Part shown: positions 41,702 to 54,420 of the stretch, one piece after another
Position numbering within the stretch: position 1 is the first letter of the stretch
Layout of the letters: every line of letters starts with the position of its first letter
Assembly (NCBI GenBank): GCA_030141605.1
Contig: JAQGDQ010002370.1
Location: 461,167 to 525,166, forward strand
Source of the DNA: Tubiluchus corallicola
Lineage: Eukaryota > Animalia > Priapulida
Direction of reading: 5' to 3'
DNA length: 64,000 nucleotides
Made by a program: the position numbers and the translations under genes
Notes under the pieces: generated by a model
The model's database searches: none
What the model was told of the DNA's origin: nothing
What the model saw: only the letters and a program-made list of their open reading frames with translations

Positions 41702-42095
41702 TTTATCACAAAAACTCTCATTGGAATTAAACAGCGATTTTTCTCTATGAACATGATATCAAAACATCAATCCGTCCATTGCCGACACGGTTATGCTTTT
41801 GCAACCTGTTAAACTTGTCAGCCTAACGCTTGGTCGCTTGCACCAGCATTAACTATGGCAAACTAGCAAAGGCAACCCGCCTGCTAAAATCTATTGAGCA
41901 TGCGCACCGAGTTCCAGCATACGTCAATTATACAAACACAGAAACGCGTCATTGGCAACAGAGCTAAAGTAATATTCTGTTGTCGCAGTGCTGTTTGCAC
42001 ACTTTTATACTTAAAATTTGACAAAAATTGTAAATTTGCAAAATTTGATAAAGAAACACGTGGAATTTAGGACAATAAGCTAAAGTAAGACGACC
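41702..42095. promoter_or_regulatory. Bidirectional promoter / 5' UTR region shared by PHLPP (-) and EFHC1 (+)
   Basis: Divergent start codons only 394 bp apart. Contains NRF1-like TGAGCATGCGCA (41895-41906), forkhead-like ACAAACA (41932-41938) and RFX X-box-like GTCATTGGCAAC (41948-41959). Confidence 0.7.
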
Positions 42096-45000
42096 ATGGA
42101 GGAGATGCCAAAACTGCCAGGTTACAGTTTTAAAGACCCTAGCGTAAGTTTGTTTGTTTTTCTAAATTTCCAAAATGCCACAAGGCGGGCGTTATGTAAA
42201 TTGTTAATTCTTCAAAAGCACATGCAGTTTAAAACTTCAAGTTGTAACTAACATTTATATACTTCATTGATGTTTTACAGTGATTCGGTTTTTGTTTGCC
42301 TTGCAATTATTGTAGTGTACTCGTATAATCTGCTTCACTTCACACTTGATCACTGTCTTTATTTAATTTAACGCTAAACTTTTTCCTAATTTAGTAGCCT
42401 ACTAATCTGTTACCATTGCTTCAATCATGATCTTAAACATGAAAATATGCTAATAGGCTTACTATGTCTGTGCAGGCCTATGGGTCTTCTGACTAATTTA
42501 GTAGTTACTACATAGTATGCATAGTGTGTAGTGTGCACCTATGCATAAAGGTAACATTCTGCATGTATGTAATGATGTAAAAGATTGTGTAGTCAGCTGG
42601 TTATTTGGTTCAGTTTTTCATGAACATTGTAACAGTTTATCACTTAGTAGTATATATTACAATATAATAGATGTGTATGCAAGTTTCTTTGATTGTGCCA
42701 AGTCCCAAGTTTCACCGATTCTTATAATTAGTTGCAACGACCAATTTTTTAGAAAATGGCATTTCATCGACAACAATCTCTTGGATATGTGAATGGGTAT
42801 CCAATGCGTAATGCTCCAAAATCTGGCATTGGTGGTGAGCCTTTGAAAGCAAAATCTATATCTGAAGCAGCCGACAAGAATCTTCCAGAGCATCCAGAAT
42901 ATGTGTATGAAATTGGTGCAAGGGCAACAAAGACACTTTCAGCTGCAGGACCACGTTCTGCAGCAGCTTACAGAGCAGGGCCAGGTCAAATTTCTCAGTT
43001 AGTTCCTCAAACACAGTTCTTGCCAGCCCATTTCGTATTTGACAAAAAGGTACATTTTATTCAGGTTTTACGTAATGTGTTTCACTACATGTGACACGTA
43101 TTATGACGTGTAGTATTTTCTTTAAAACACTATACAATTTTTAAATAACTTTTGTCTTCCACTTTTCTGACTATTGATTTTTTTAGTCATTTTTACTCTT
43201 TTAACCAGCATGTCAACTTTTATTGCCTTTAAATTATGATAATTGCAATATTGGACATATAAATCCATATTGATTTCAAAGTCCTTGTTCCACTTAATAA
43301 CTTTATAATTCTTAATTTTATTATATTCTTTTGAGCTGAAGTTTGAATTCATTTTTTTAGGTTCTTAAATTTAATGCATACTTCACAGAAACTGTTGTTG
43401 AAGCTGCTGAGGAAACAATGCGAATTCGCCCTGTAAACATTTACTATTATCTGGAAGATGATAGCATTGTCGTTAATGAGCCCACTGTAATCAATAGTGG
43501 CATTCCACAGGTGATTAAAGTTTAATGAACATTGAACAGTCTCTACCGTTATAAAATAGGTATCCACCAGTTAGGTTATGGTGTTTTTTCTTTTATTAAT
43601 AGACGGCGCCACATGCTTAGCACAAAAAATTGACACTATGCTTGCCGATATTTGGTTTGCCTCTTGGTTTGTGTCTAGTAATTCTATGAATTAGATTACA
43701 GTCGTGAACTACTTCATACTGTTTACTAAATTTTGTAAACAAGCGAAAAAGCAAAAAATTCTTCCATGTTGAAGTGATGAGAAAAGAAATGAAAGATTTA
43801 AGTAATAGAGGGATTAGGAAAAATCAATTAGTGTATCTATGTTGCAATGGCTAATCGAATGCTTCTTTTATATTTTCAACTGACAAGCTGACAAAGGTTA
43901 CTCACAAACATAGCTGGAGAATGTATTGAACTATACTGTGAGAATCAAAATCAAGTGCACATTCTTAGTATTATTTTTATTCTTTTTTCCATCCGCACTA
44001 GCTTTAATTCTGCTTGTTTATCAATAAAACAGGAATTTTATGATTGTGCAACATGTAATGGCTGGAAAGGTTAGAATGAGTCAGATTTATTTCTCCAAAC
44101 CAAAAAAAAGACTTAGAAAAATATGCTGCTGGATCAGATTGAATATGAGATGAACCCTTTCACAAAGTATAGCTGGGGTACCTTATGTCATTTAAACCCA
44201 TATTGTTGCTGACTTTAGTCTTAGATTGATCATGTATAAATTTCATATGAACTAATTTTATTGCAGTATATGAAAAAACTATAAGTTTACAACACGTTTG
44301 TACATCCATTGTCTTTTTTTGTTAGCGCCTAGCATTTTGGTCAAAGGGTAACAATGTTTAATCTTTCATACAAAATCTTAATATTTTTAAATGAAATAAA
44401 TGAATCCTTCTTTGAAGTGATTTGCTTAGCATTTTCTGGTAGTCTGGTAAGTTTATAACAATTATTGGAATAATTAACAAATTGCTACTAAACATGTATG
44501 CATTTTTGTGCTTTTTTGGATTGTCGAAGATTTTATGTTGTAGTTGCTGTCAGTGAGCAACATTTTGCGGGAATGGGCTGGGTAGGGTTGGCTTTGCATG
44601 CACTGCCAATCTGTGTATTGCAGCAGTTGCTAGAGTGGAGTCCCGAGATTTGTCATCTTAAACTCCTAAAATTAAACCAGCTGAGAAGTGTTCTGAAAAT
44701 TTAAGGGAAGAACTTTCAATTAACATTGGTGCAGAGAGACATTGCCCTCAATGTAAATGGGTTAAGCTTGCTCTTACGTAGTTAGGTTACACTATTCCTG
44801 ATCCTTACATTACAAAAATCACCTTTCTGTTCATTTGCCCTGAACTTCCACTACATCAACATTCAAATGTTTTATTTTCAGGGCAAGTTGTTAAAACGAC
44901 AAAAAATTCCAAAACTAGATGACGGCACTCCATGGCACTGGAAAGACTTTAATGTTGGCATTAATGTCGTCTTTTATGGGAAAGTGTTTCATATTGTTGA

Positions 45001-48000
45001 CTGCGATGGTTGGACAAAGGTATTTTGCCCGATTCCTCTCTTTCTGTGCTTTCCTAACTCCATCATGTTTCATCTGTGTCTGGTAAAATCTTCATGTCTG
45101 AAATTGCAGGATTTTGCAGCTGTTTCACATTTTACTGGAGATACAGCATTAGGGATTGTCTATGTGAAAACCATTGATTTTCTTGTACATTTTAACATGT
45201 AAGTTTCTATGTACCAAGACACCCCAATTCGGTGTGTGTGCCATCCACATTTGCAAGTGTTATCCCGCTCTGCTGGCCAGCATGTTATTCTCTCACATTT
45301 AAAATGTTAATAGAATAAGCGAACTTGAATAAGCAAACTTGATTAAAATTAAAAAAATTGTCACTTTGCCCGAGTTTTCCGATCTCTGCATAGGGTCTCC
45401 CCAGCAGAGTTTGTGGCAGTGCTTCGGTTGTTAATGCATTTTACACCATTTAAGGGTATTTTGAGCCGAAAGGTATGTGGGAGTATTCGTAAGAAAGTTT
45501 TCCGCTTATTTTATAACTCATTTTCGCTACATGTTTTGGTCAACAAATATAATAAAAGTTATTTTCTAAACCTAAAAATCTAAAATCTGAGCAATAGTTC
45601 ATTGGTAATTTTTATGGGTAATTGATAACCATTCATTTATCATTTTCATTTTGTCTTATTGTGTGTTCTACTCGCACTCAATTTTGCTTGCATTTACTTT
45701 TTCAATAATATACACATTGTATACCCCCATACACCCTCAATTTGAGCACTGGCTAATGTAGCTAAAACCTTCAATTCTGATTAATGGGTTTGCCACCATT
45801 TGTAAATCTTGACGAACACATGAAATAGGATTATTTTGATACATCTGTTAAAATAATAACTTTTTTTGTTCACAAATCATGGAAATTTTATGCAGACTTC
45901 TTATTTTGTCAATTTATAAAAACAAGCAAAAGCCTGCAATGATCTTGGAGATTTTTTTTGAGACTTGTAGGTTTCAAACATCAGCTACTGAAAGTGTCAT
46001 TTCATAGAGTTGTTGAATGTGCATTTAAGTGATTATGGCAATGTAATATGATCAGAAATTGTTATATGTGAGCAGAAGTACGATAGTTAATATGATATGA
46101 TAAATGTTAGCATATTTAAGATTTGTGAAATTGTGATCCAGAAATGCAATACAAAAATAAAAATTCGTGTAACTTTACATTATAACTAATAATCACTAAT
46201 AATTAGTCACACAAGGAAACTTTATTATCATTGTCAGTCATTAGATCAATGCTTTTTGCAAGGTCAAGAAGCCCTCCACGCTACTCACTGATGCCTTACG
46301 AAGATTTTGGCTTTTTGTTGGTGTTAGAAATTTCTAAAACCTAAAGTCTAGGGTTTGAGGACTTTGTCATAAAATTTAAAATTATACTTGGACATTTTCA
46401 GATGATCTGTAAAAATTTATAAGTTATAAGAGTACCTAAATCTTCCAAAATTTTCTGAATGGCATAAAAACGCATTCGCAGTCTAGGCTTTGACCCCGCG
46501 AATTTCACTGGATGCGCTCACAGACTCTGTAGTTTGAACTTCATTGACAGGCTGCAAGCCACCCCATAAATCTCTCTCGTTTTAGGAAATCTTTGCTGCT
46601 CTGTAAGTGGTTTGTCATTACACTCTCAACTGCCTACTCCATGTGGGAGCATCTTGTATTATGTAGGAGTTTGAACAATTAATCTTATTCATTTTAAGAC
46701 CTCACAGAGACTCGCTGATTCTCCATTTATACTCAATCATTAGTGAATCGTCTGTCTTTAGTTTACACTAATTAAGCAAACCTGTAAAAAGTTGTCTACT
46801 ATTCCATTTTATTAGTGCGGCTTTTGCAGGAATTCATGGCAAGTGAGGGCATTGAACTCAATGATCCTGAACTGATCCCAGATGATCCATATACAACAGC
46901 ACGTGCAAAGAGAACTGCTATTGCTAACTACAAAACACCCTCAACATTTGATAAAACTCGTCAGTTTCTGGAATTGGATAGAAAAGTTTTACGATTTTAT
47001 TGTGTTTGGGATGATAGGGATAGCATGTTTGGCGAAGTACGACCTTGTGTTCTTCATGTAAGTTAATAAGTTTCAATATAGCTTAATTAAAAAATGTTGC
47101 ATGCATGTGATAGTTCTGTAAGGTAGTACCTAATTAAATTCAAGAGAAATTTTGTTGTTTTTGTCTATGTAATGCATCTTGATTTAACAAAAATTGCTTT
47201 GGACTAGTGGGCATTCATTTAATGTCATTTAATATAATTTTACTTGTTTCTTATTTATTGTTCTTTTCTATTTAGTACTATTTAGTTGATGACACAGTAG
47301 AAATTAGAGAACAACATTCAGCAAATAATGGAAGGGACCCTTTTCCAGTTCTGATGCGAAGGCAAAAACTTGCAAAAAACAGAGGAAAACTTCCATGTAA
47401 GCCAATACTTGTTGCTTAAACATCTCAGTGTTTTCTTAAAATTACTAATTACCAGTGTCTAATTTTTGTTTTTGATGTACTTCTTTATTCTAATTACAGC
47501 ATTGTTTCCCACCATAGCAATGGAGGTGACAGATAGTGACATTTCTGAGTGGTACACACCAAAAGATTTTCGCATTGGGGACTCTCTTGTCATTTATGGC
47601 AGAAAGTAATTATGCTTTTGGAGGTTAAATGAAATAATGTGTTTATATATGGCCTATAACCTCATAATGGTTCCTGTAAAGTATCAGGAAAAATAAAAAA
47701 TGACGTGAAACAGTTAGTCTTTTCAGAAAAGTGTTCACTATCATCTTCTAGAATGTTTATTATTTTGTCACCTTTTCTGAAACTTCCTTCTTAAAGACTT
47801 AACGAGATAGTCATTAGTTAGTACCCAATATGCGGTAAAAATGGCATGGGTAAAAATGGCACAGTAAAAATGGCACAGGAAAAAATGGTGCAGGAAAAAA
47901 TAGCTCAGGTAAAAATGGAACAGGAAAAAATTTTCATTAAATGGATTTATAGTCAATAATGCACGAGTGTTCCACATGGTGTTTATCCAACTTTTCACCA

Positions 48001-51000
48001 TTAATTTTGGCGATGGTAATAGACTGACAAATATATACATACCAAATTACCTTATAAGCCTATACACACTAATAAGCCAATGGTATAGACAGTGTGCAGT
48101 GTGAAAGTGACTTTCTGGTGCAGTGTGGTACACAGTTTTACAAGACAGAATTTTTCAAAATGCAGCTGGAACTAACTCGTAGTTGTGTGTCCAGTGGAGA
48201 TAACAAAAAAGAAGTACTAAACACTCCCTCCAAGACCCCATGAAGCACTCCACAAATGTTTTTTTGTATATGGTGTTCGGTCAAGCTTTGAGAAAAAAGA
48301 ACCGACGAAAAGATTCCAACTTCAGTACCCTATGCCCACTTTTGTTCACAGAGTTTCTTGGAAAACTGTCAGATAGTTTTTGTGTAATATTTTTATTACC
48401 ATAACAGACAAAAGACAACCAAATAAACAGACAAACAAACAAACAAACTGTGTTGAAAGTAACTTCTTTGGCAGAGGTAAAAATAACTAAAATAATTATC
48501 CCCACTGTAACCCTAACCCTAAGCGCATACTTTACTAAGTGTGCCATTTTTTCCTGTGTGATTTTCATTCTGTGCCATTTTTACCGTGCCATTTTTTCTG
48601 TTGCCATTTTTACCTACATTCGTTAGTGGCCGGCTTTTTTGCACTAACTATTTAAAGGTGGATGGTTGTGAATCCATACATGACTTTTTTGATTTAAAGG
48701 TGTGGGTTGTGTCTTCAGGACTAAATGCACTAATGTAATGTCAGCATTTTTAAAACTTCCACACACAACCACACCTCCAGCTGTCTTTTTTTGAGTAAGG
48801 GTTTTTAAAGTTAATGAGAATGTCCTGGTATATTGAAAGTTTGTGTATGTGCGCACTTTTCTTTTTTTTTCTTAAAATGCTACGTGTAACCATTTTGGTT
48901 GAGCAGTTTTGAAAGGGTTTTAATGAAGACCTGCACAATAATAATTATTGTTGCAATCATATTGCTTAGATCATCGCTACGATATGATCTAATATAAGTA
49001 GTTACATGCATACATCAGAGAAACTATAATTAATGAACTACTATAACTTAATGAACAACGTAATGAAATCTTCTTTTAATGGCATAAATTATATTTCCTA
49101 ACTAGGTTCTTGATTTGTGACTGCGATGCATATACTCGTGATTTTTATAAAGCACATTTTGACATCTCAGATTTTACACCAATAGATAGAGAGAAGATCA
49201 TCGGACAAGAGAAACGTGTAGTGAAGAAGGTAGATGTGTGCTACATAATACCATTACGAAGCAGGAATGCATGTTCTTCTAATGCATTAACAATAGAATT
49301 TGTTGTTTTGTATGCTATCTATTTATCACATTTTACCATATTTGCCCAAGATAGAACTATCTAACAGGGCTTTTATTTGATACACATTAAAATCCAGGTC
49401 TATTGCTGAAAAAAGTCAACAAAAATAAACAATTTTTCTAGGGTAAGAAATGGCCTAGGGACTAGACCATAGTAACTTGATTAATATTAATAGTTTTCTA
49501 TTCCTTGCATAATTTGTCTACACATCAGCAATTGTAATTTTACATTAGTTCTACATTTATGAAAATGACAATCGTTTAGCAGTTTTGTTTTATAAGAACA
49601 TCAATCTCTATTCGAAATTACTGGAAGGTATTTGGTAGTAAATTATTTGTATATCTGTACACAAAACAAGCCATTCTCAATTTACAAACATTTACAACCA
49701 TCACAATTTTCATTTCTTTGAATAACAGCTCTGTACATATATTTTTCATATGAAAAATTCACGTGTTTTAACTAAGCTATCCATATTACCATTATAAGTG
49801 TATCTAGCGAGATTTTGATTTCCCTGATTTAAGAATGCATTATTATTATTATTATTATTATTATTAAAATGTTCTGATATAAAAACCTCAATAATTTTTA
49901 GTCATATTTTTTTCTGATTTTTTTTTCACATTTTCTTTAGGAAGTACCACCTTACACTGGTTTCGGCTCAGTGGAAGATAGTTTGCAATCATGTCTGTCA
50001 CTTATACCTCAACCACCCAAGAAAGACGTTGTTAAGATGTTGCAAAATGACCATAATGTCTTGCGTTATGCTGCAATTCTGGTAAGTTCTTTTATACCAT
50101 TTCAGTTATGTTGTACGTATTTGATAAATGTAATATTGCTGATATAGTGCTTAATTTCTTTTGTTGTCATTAGATTCATTTTTATCTGGACTTCAGAAAT
50201 TTTAGCGAGAAATGCATGCCGTACTGTTTTTGAGTTACATATTCGAATTTAGTTGTTAAAACAACTTTTTGCCCTATCTTTGTGAATTAATATTAATATT
50301 TTCATGGATTAGGATACAGTCAAGCAAGAGGACAAAAACAGAAGGTTCGTTATTTCATACCGACTTGCTGATGACATGGTCACAATATATGAACCACCTG
50401 TGAGAAACTCAGGAATTCTTGGAGGTAAGTTATATGCACACTCTTAGAATGTGAAAAATAATGTGAAACAGTCATTTTTAGGCTAAAACATCCAACTACA
50501 ACTATGTACATTTTGTTTTTCATTCATATATCTGTTGTCTCTACTATCAGGTAAAAAACTTTTCAATGTCATCATAATAGCATTTTATCTTGAATCCATT
50601 TAAATAAATTTCAGGGAAATTTTTAGAACGAACAAGGCTTCAAAAGCCAGGATCATCAGTGCAAAATCCTGAATTTTATGGACCTCAGGATTTTGACATT
50701 GGAAGCATAATAGTTGTATTCAACAATCGCTTCAAAATTGTTGATGTTGATGAATATGTAGTAAAATATGTAGAGCTACACAAGGACAAATTTCCGGGTA
50801 AATACAATTTAAAGCTTGCATGGTAATAGCCTAGTTTGTTGACATGTCTGTGTGTTAAAGAAAGGATCATCCAAGCTTAGAATGCAACTCACAAAGATCT
50901 ATGATTCTGCTGCCTAAGTTATTTACTGCAAACTGCATTTACTCTAAAAATTTAATACCATAATATTTCATCTTTACAAAAGCGTAAATCAAACATTGTG

Positions 51001-52768
51001 TTGTTGCAAATTTCATTTTTTAGTGAATGAAATTAAATTGGTATCTATTCATACAGTTTTATTTCATCTCATACTTATTTAAAGTTACTTTGTTATTTTT
51101 TACCTTCTGGTAAGATTTTTCAATATTTTAAAGTTCCTGGCTGTATTTTTTAATAGCGTCTCTTGTGCTGTCATTAAAAGCTCATTTGGAGAAACAAGGG
51201 CCAACTTCTCAAGGGTCTACTGCATATAAGTAAGTACAAGATAATCTGGAACTGTGTTAAATGTAGTTGTATTTTGAACATGATTGTTTCAATAATATTC
51301 AACTGTTGATAATTTGTTAGTTTGCTATGGCCTTTTCAGTGTATTTGAATTAAGGCATTATGGAAAATTAAATACATAAAGACATTTAGTTTTATTTTAC
51401 ATGGTTAAAAGCTTCTGAGACTCATTTAGCACTTATTGAGCAAGCTGTATAAGTTCACTTAGTGCTCTTAAGTTGATGAGACATTTTTTTTGGCATCTGT
51501 GAATAAATGTATGTTTCATTCATACCCTACTTTTCGTACTTTTTCCAGTTGCACACTGATAGCAATATTTTGAATTCAAGTTGGTACATTATCAGGTTGT
51601 CTAGAGAAACAGCTATTAAGATTAAATAGCCTGAAAAGTTTTTGAATTTTTTGCATTCGAGATTATTATCCTGTCTGTATATAACACATATATTATATGT
51701 AGATAATATTATTGTAGTCTGTGTAAAATGCAATAAAACTGGTGTCAGAAGCTGCAATTTTTAACTCACAAATTTAAAATGAACATCTTTTATCTCCCTA
51801 TGCATATTGCATAGGATGATTAAATTTAATATAGTTAAATTTATAGATTTATACATTTCAGAAAAGATGATGATGCAGAAAGGTTGCTGAATCGTGTTCA
51901 AAAAATGCTACAACAGTGGTGTTCAATGCAGAAAGATGCTTTGAAAAAGGAGTTTTTAAATGCAGATAATTATAGGTAATTAAGCCTGGGCAGTATGGGC
52001 TAACAAGGCTAATTAAATGAGCCATAGAGTTGAACTTTCATAAGTGTTTACAACTATGTAAGAGGAAAGCATTAAGTTTGAAATTCCAAAGTAAACAGTG
52101 TTGATAAGTGTGCTTTAATTATAAGCCTTGCAGTAACTTTTTACCATTACACCAGAAACTGGTATTTTGGTGTTTGATATTTTGTGCAAAAAAGTCATAT
52201 TGTTCGGTCGAGGCAACACAAGCATTTGGCACAAGCAAGTATATGTACGTGTTAATGACGGCAAATCTGTTAAGATAAAAGTTTGATTGGTATAAATTGT
52301 TCTTTTAGGAGTGGATTCAAATCTGGCTACATTGAGAAAAATGAGCTGAAAGTCCTTTGTCGACGTGCCAATATTCCTTTGGACGATGACATACTGGATT
52401 TGGTAAATATTTTAAAAAATTGTTTTAAACTCATTCTTTTGCATAACTTTGGAAAATGTCTAAAGAGATACGTACTTGCATAATGCATGTGTAAGATAGT
52501 ACACGCATGAAAAACATGCTGGAAAAACACCTTTAATTATTAAAAATGGCTGAGTCATCAAAAAAACCTAGAAACATGTCTTGATAGAACTAATTGTTAG
52601 CATGATCTGTAAAAATTCACAAATTATTGATTCTGACTAATTAAATCACTCATATCTTTGTTTGCTGGATTGTTACTTGACCAAAAGGAAGAAAACTCGG
52701 TGATGATAACCAAGATGTTTGTTTTCTGGTACTTTTATGTTCTTAAACATACAAGTATTATATACTTG

Positions 52769-52801
<33 letters not shown>

Positions 52802-53057
52802 TATATATAAATATATATATATACATAAATATATATATATAAAGCAAAATACACTAACATAGCATAGCACTTATGATTGAACAACAGTACATTGCCAGGC
52901 TTGATCAAGGATGGAGTACAGTTTACTGTCCAACATCAGAAACAGTTAGTTATAAATAATATTAAATTTATTTCAGGTTATTGCACAATGCACCGATTAT
53001 GATGACAACCTCATCAACTTCAAAAAGTTCCAGCAATTTTTTATCTCTGCAGAATGA
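42096..53057 (+). CDS. EFHC1: EF-hand domain-containing protein 1 (EFHC1/Rib72/myoclonin), ciliary microtubule inner protein with three DM10 domains; complete, 669 aa
   Basis: Fifteen GT-AG exons in frame: 42096-42143, 42753-43049, 43361-43510, 44882-45019, 46830-47057, 47276-47396, 47500-47605, 49106-49229, 49941-50081, 50313-50424, 50615-50797, 51157-51229, 51862-51975, 52309-52402, 52977-53057 (2010 nt including TGA). Motifs: [20 protein letters not shown]; DM10 signatures [12 protein letters not shown]...YYLEDD...[15 protein letters not shown]...[12 protein letters not shown]...[24 protein letters not shown]...[12 protein letters not shown]; C-terminal EF-hand-like region. Confidence 0.95.
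47826..48621. mobile_element. Non-autonomous Mutator-like (foldback/MITE) element in EFHC1 intron 7
   Basis: Terminal inverted arrays of a ~15-bp unit (GGTAAAAATGGCACA on the left, TGTGCCATTTTTACC on the right). Flanked by an imperfect 9-bp duplication GTTAGTACC (47817-47825) / GTTAGTGGC (48622-48630). Confidence 0.75.
48320..48480 (-). mobile_element. Helentron-associated (DINE/HINE-like) short element nested inside the Mutator-like MITE
   Basis: Minus strand begins TTACCTCTGCCAAAGAAGTTA, followed by a (GTTT)n/(GTCT)n tract and ATTACACAAAAACTA...TTTCCAAGAAACT. This matches the layout of the widespread TTACCTCCGCCAAGGAGGTTA-type elements (recognised from memory, not searched). Confidence 0.55.
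49839..49866. repeat. (ATT)n microsatellite in EFHC1 intron 8
   Basis: Directly visible. Confidence 0.9.
52769..52841. repeat. Interrupted (TA)n microsatellite in EFHC1 intron 14
   Basis: Directly visible. Confidence 0.9.
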
Positions 53058-53386
53058 ATAATCAAACATTGGAAAGATAAAGAAAACTGTGATAACTAGA
53101 CATTTTTACATTCTTGCATAATCTTGTACTGTGGTTTTGCTGTATGCATCATATTTGCATTTATAGTGTAGAAATAATTTTATCATTGAAATACTTGCTC
53201 TTATAATTGTTTAGTGGCTCTTTTAATTTACCAACGAGTAACAATTCACTGGGTCTGTTTTAATGTTTCTAGTCGTATGTACAATTCAAGTAAAGTCTAC
53301 TATAAAATTAAGCTAATAACATAGACTTGTATATTGTTGACTAATTAGCATTAAAATATTCTGATATGCTAAACAGTGTTGATTTA

Positions 53387-53392
53387 AATAAA
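53387..53392 (+). terminator. Probable polyadenylation signal of EFHC1
   Basis: AATAAA 330 nt downstream of the TGA, followed by T/GT-rich sequence. Confidence 0.5.
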
Positions 53393-54158
53393 AGGTGTCT
53401 GCTTTTTGCTTCAATTTGAGGTTTAGGTATTTCTTTAATTTGTGATTTGTTATAGTAGGAAGAAATAAATGAATATATTTGTGTGTCTGTGTTTGTGCAC
53501 TAGTAAATCTTGTAGTATTTACCAGATGAAATATTTTGACTGCCTCAGGAAACTGCTTTAATAACTAAGAGGTACATATTTTTTTTATATTCATGGAGGC
53601 TTTCACTGAATGAAATATGCAAGGCCAAATACATTAGATCTATAGGCAATGCTATAAAAAAATTTGACAAAGTGTAAGAGCATAAGTTTATGCCATAATT
53701 AATAATTATAGGGAAAGCACAAACATTTTAAGGTAACAGAATGCTAAGTACTAAATTACTGTGAATCTTTGGCCTTTTTATTACTTTTTATGCCAGAAAT
53801 GTCAGTTACTGGCTGCTTATTGATGGGTGACCAGCTAACTGAATGGCAAACTATTAATGAATAAATATTGTTATTAATTAATTTGTATTAATAATTTTAA
53901 TATAATAATAATAATATAATATATTTTTGAATGAATTATTGACTGCACATATACTGAATAAGACACTATTAATTAGCTTACTTCCCGCTGCCGACGTTTT
54001 AGTGATCTCAGCCAACCGACGTTTTCAAAATTTTGCTCAAATATATTTTGCGAAATTGTAAGTACGGGTTTCTTGGAGAGATTTCTATGGCTTATTACAA
54101 AACGCTACTTTTGAAAACGTTTCTACATTTCTACAATGGTCAGCAAATGGCTTCTCTC

Positions 54159-54420
54159 AACAATACAGCAAAGTAAACATGGACCGCAAAGCGACCATCT
54201 CCTCCCAACGAACCGTCGTACTATTATGTGCAATAGATCCTGTGACTCTGACCTTTGACACTGAGACCCCAATTAAAGTCGACGGCTTGCTTATGGATTT
54301 GGCTTGAAATTTGTCCACAAAGCAAATGGCGGAATAACGGACGCACACTTGGATGGACAGACAGCTACAAACAGAGGGCATTACTATATCCTCTCATGCA
54401 ATTTTGTTGCGAGGGGATAA
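54159..54420 (+). mobile_element. Helentron/HINE-type (pearl-like) MITE between EFHC1 and the ankyrin gene
   Basis: Starts AACAA, has a TGACTCTGACCTTTGAC core and a GACA-type microsatellite, and ends in the hairpin TATCCTCTC...GCGAGGGGATAA. Confidence 0.55.

Noticed and set aside
45417-45750. Possible hAT-type MITE (CAGTGCT...AGCACTG)
   Set aside because: Only a 7-bp terminal match and no target-site duplication.
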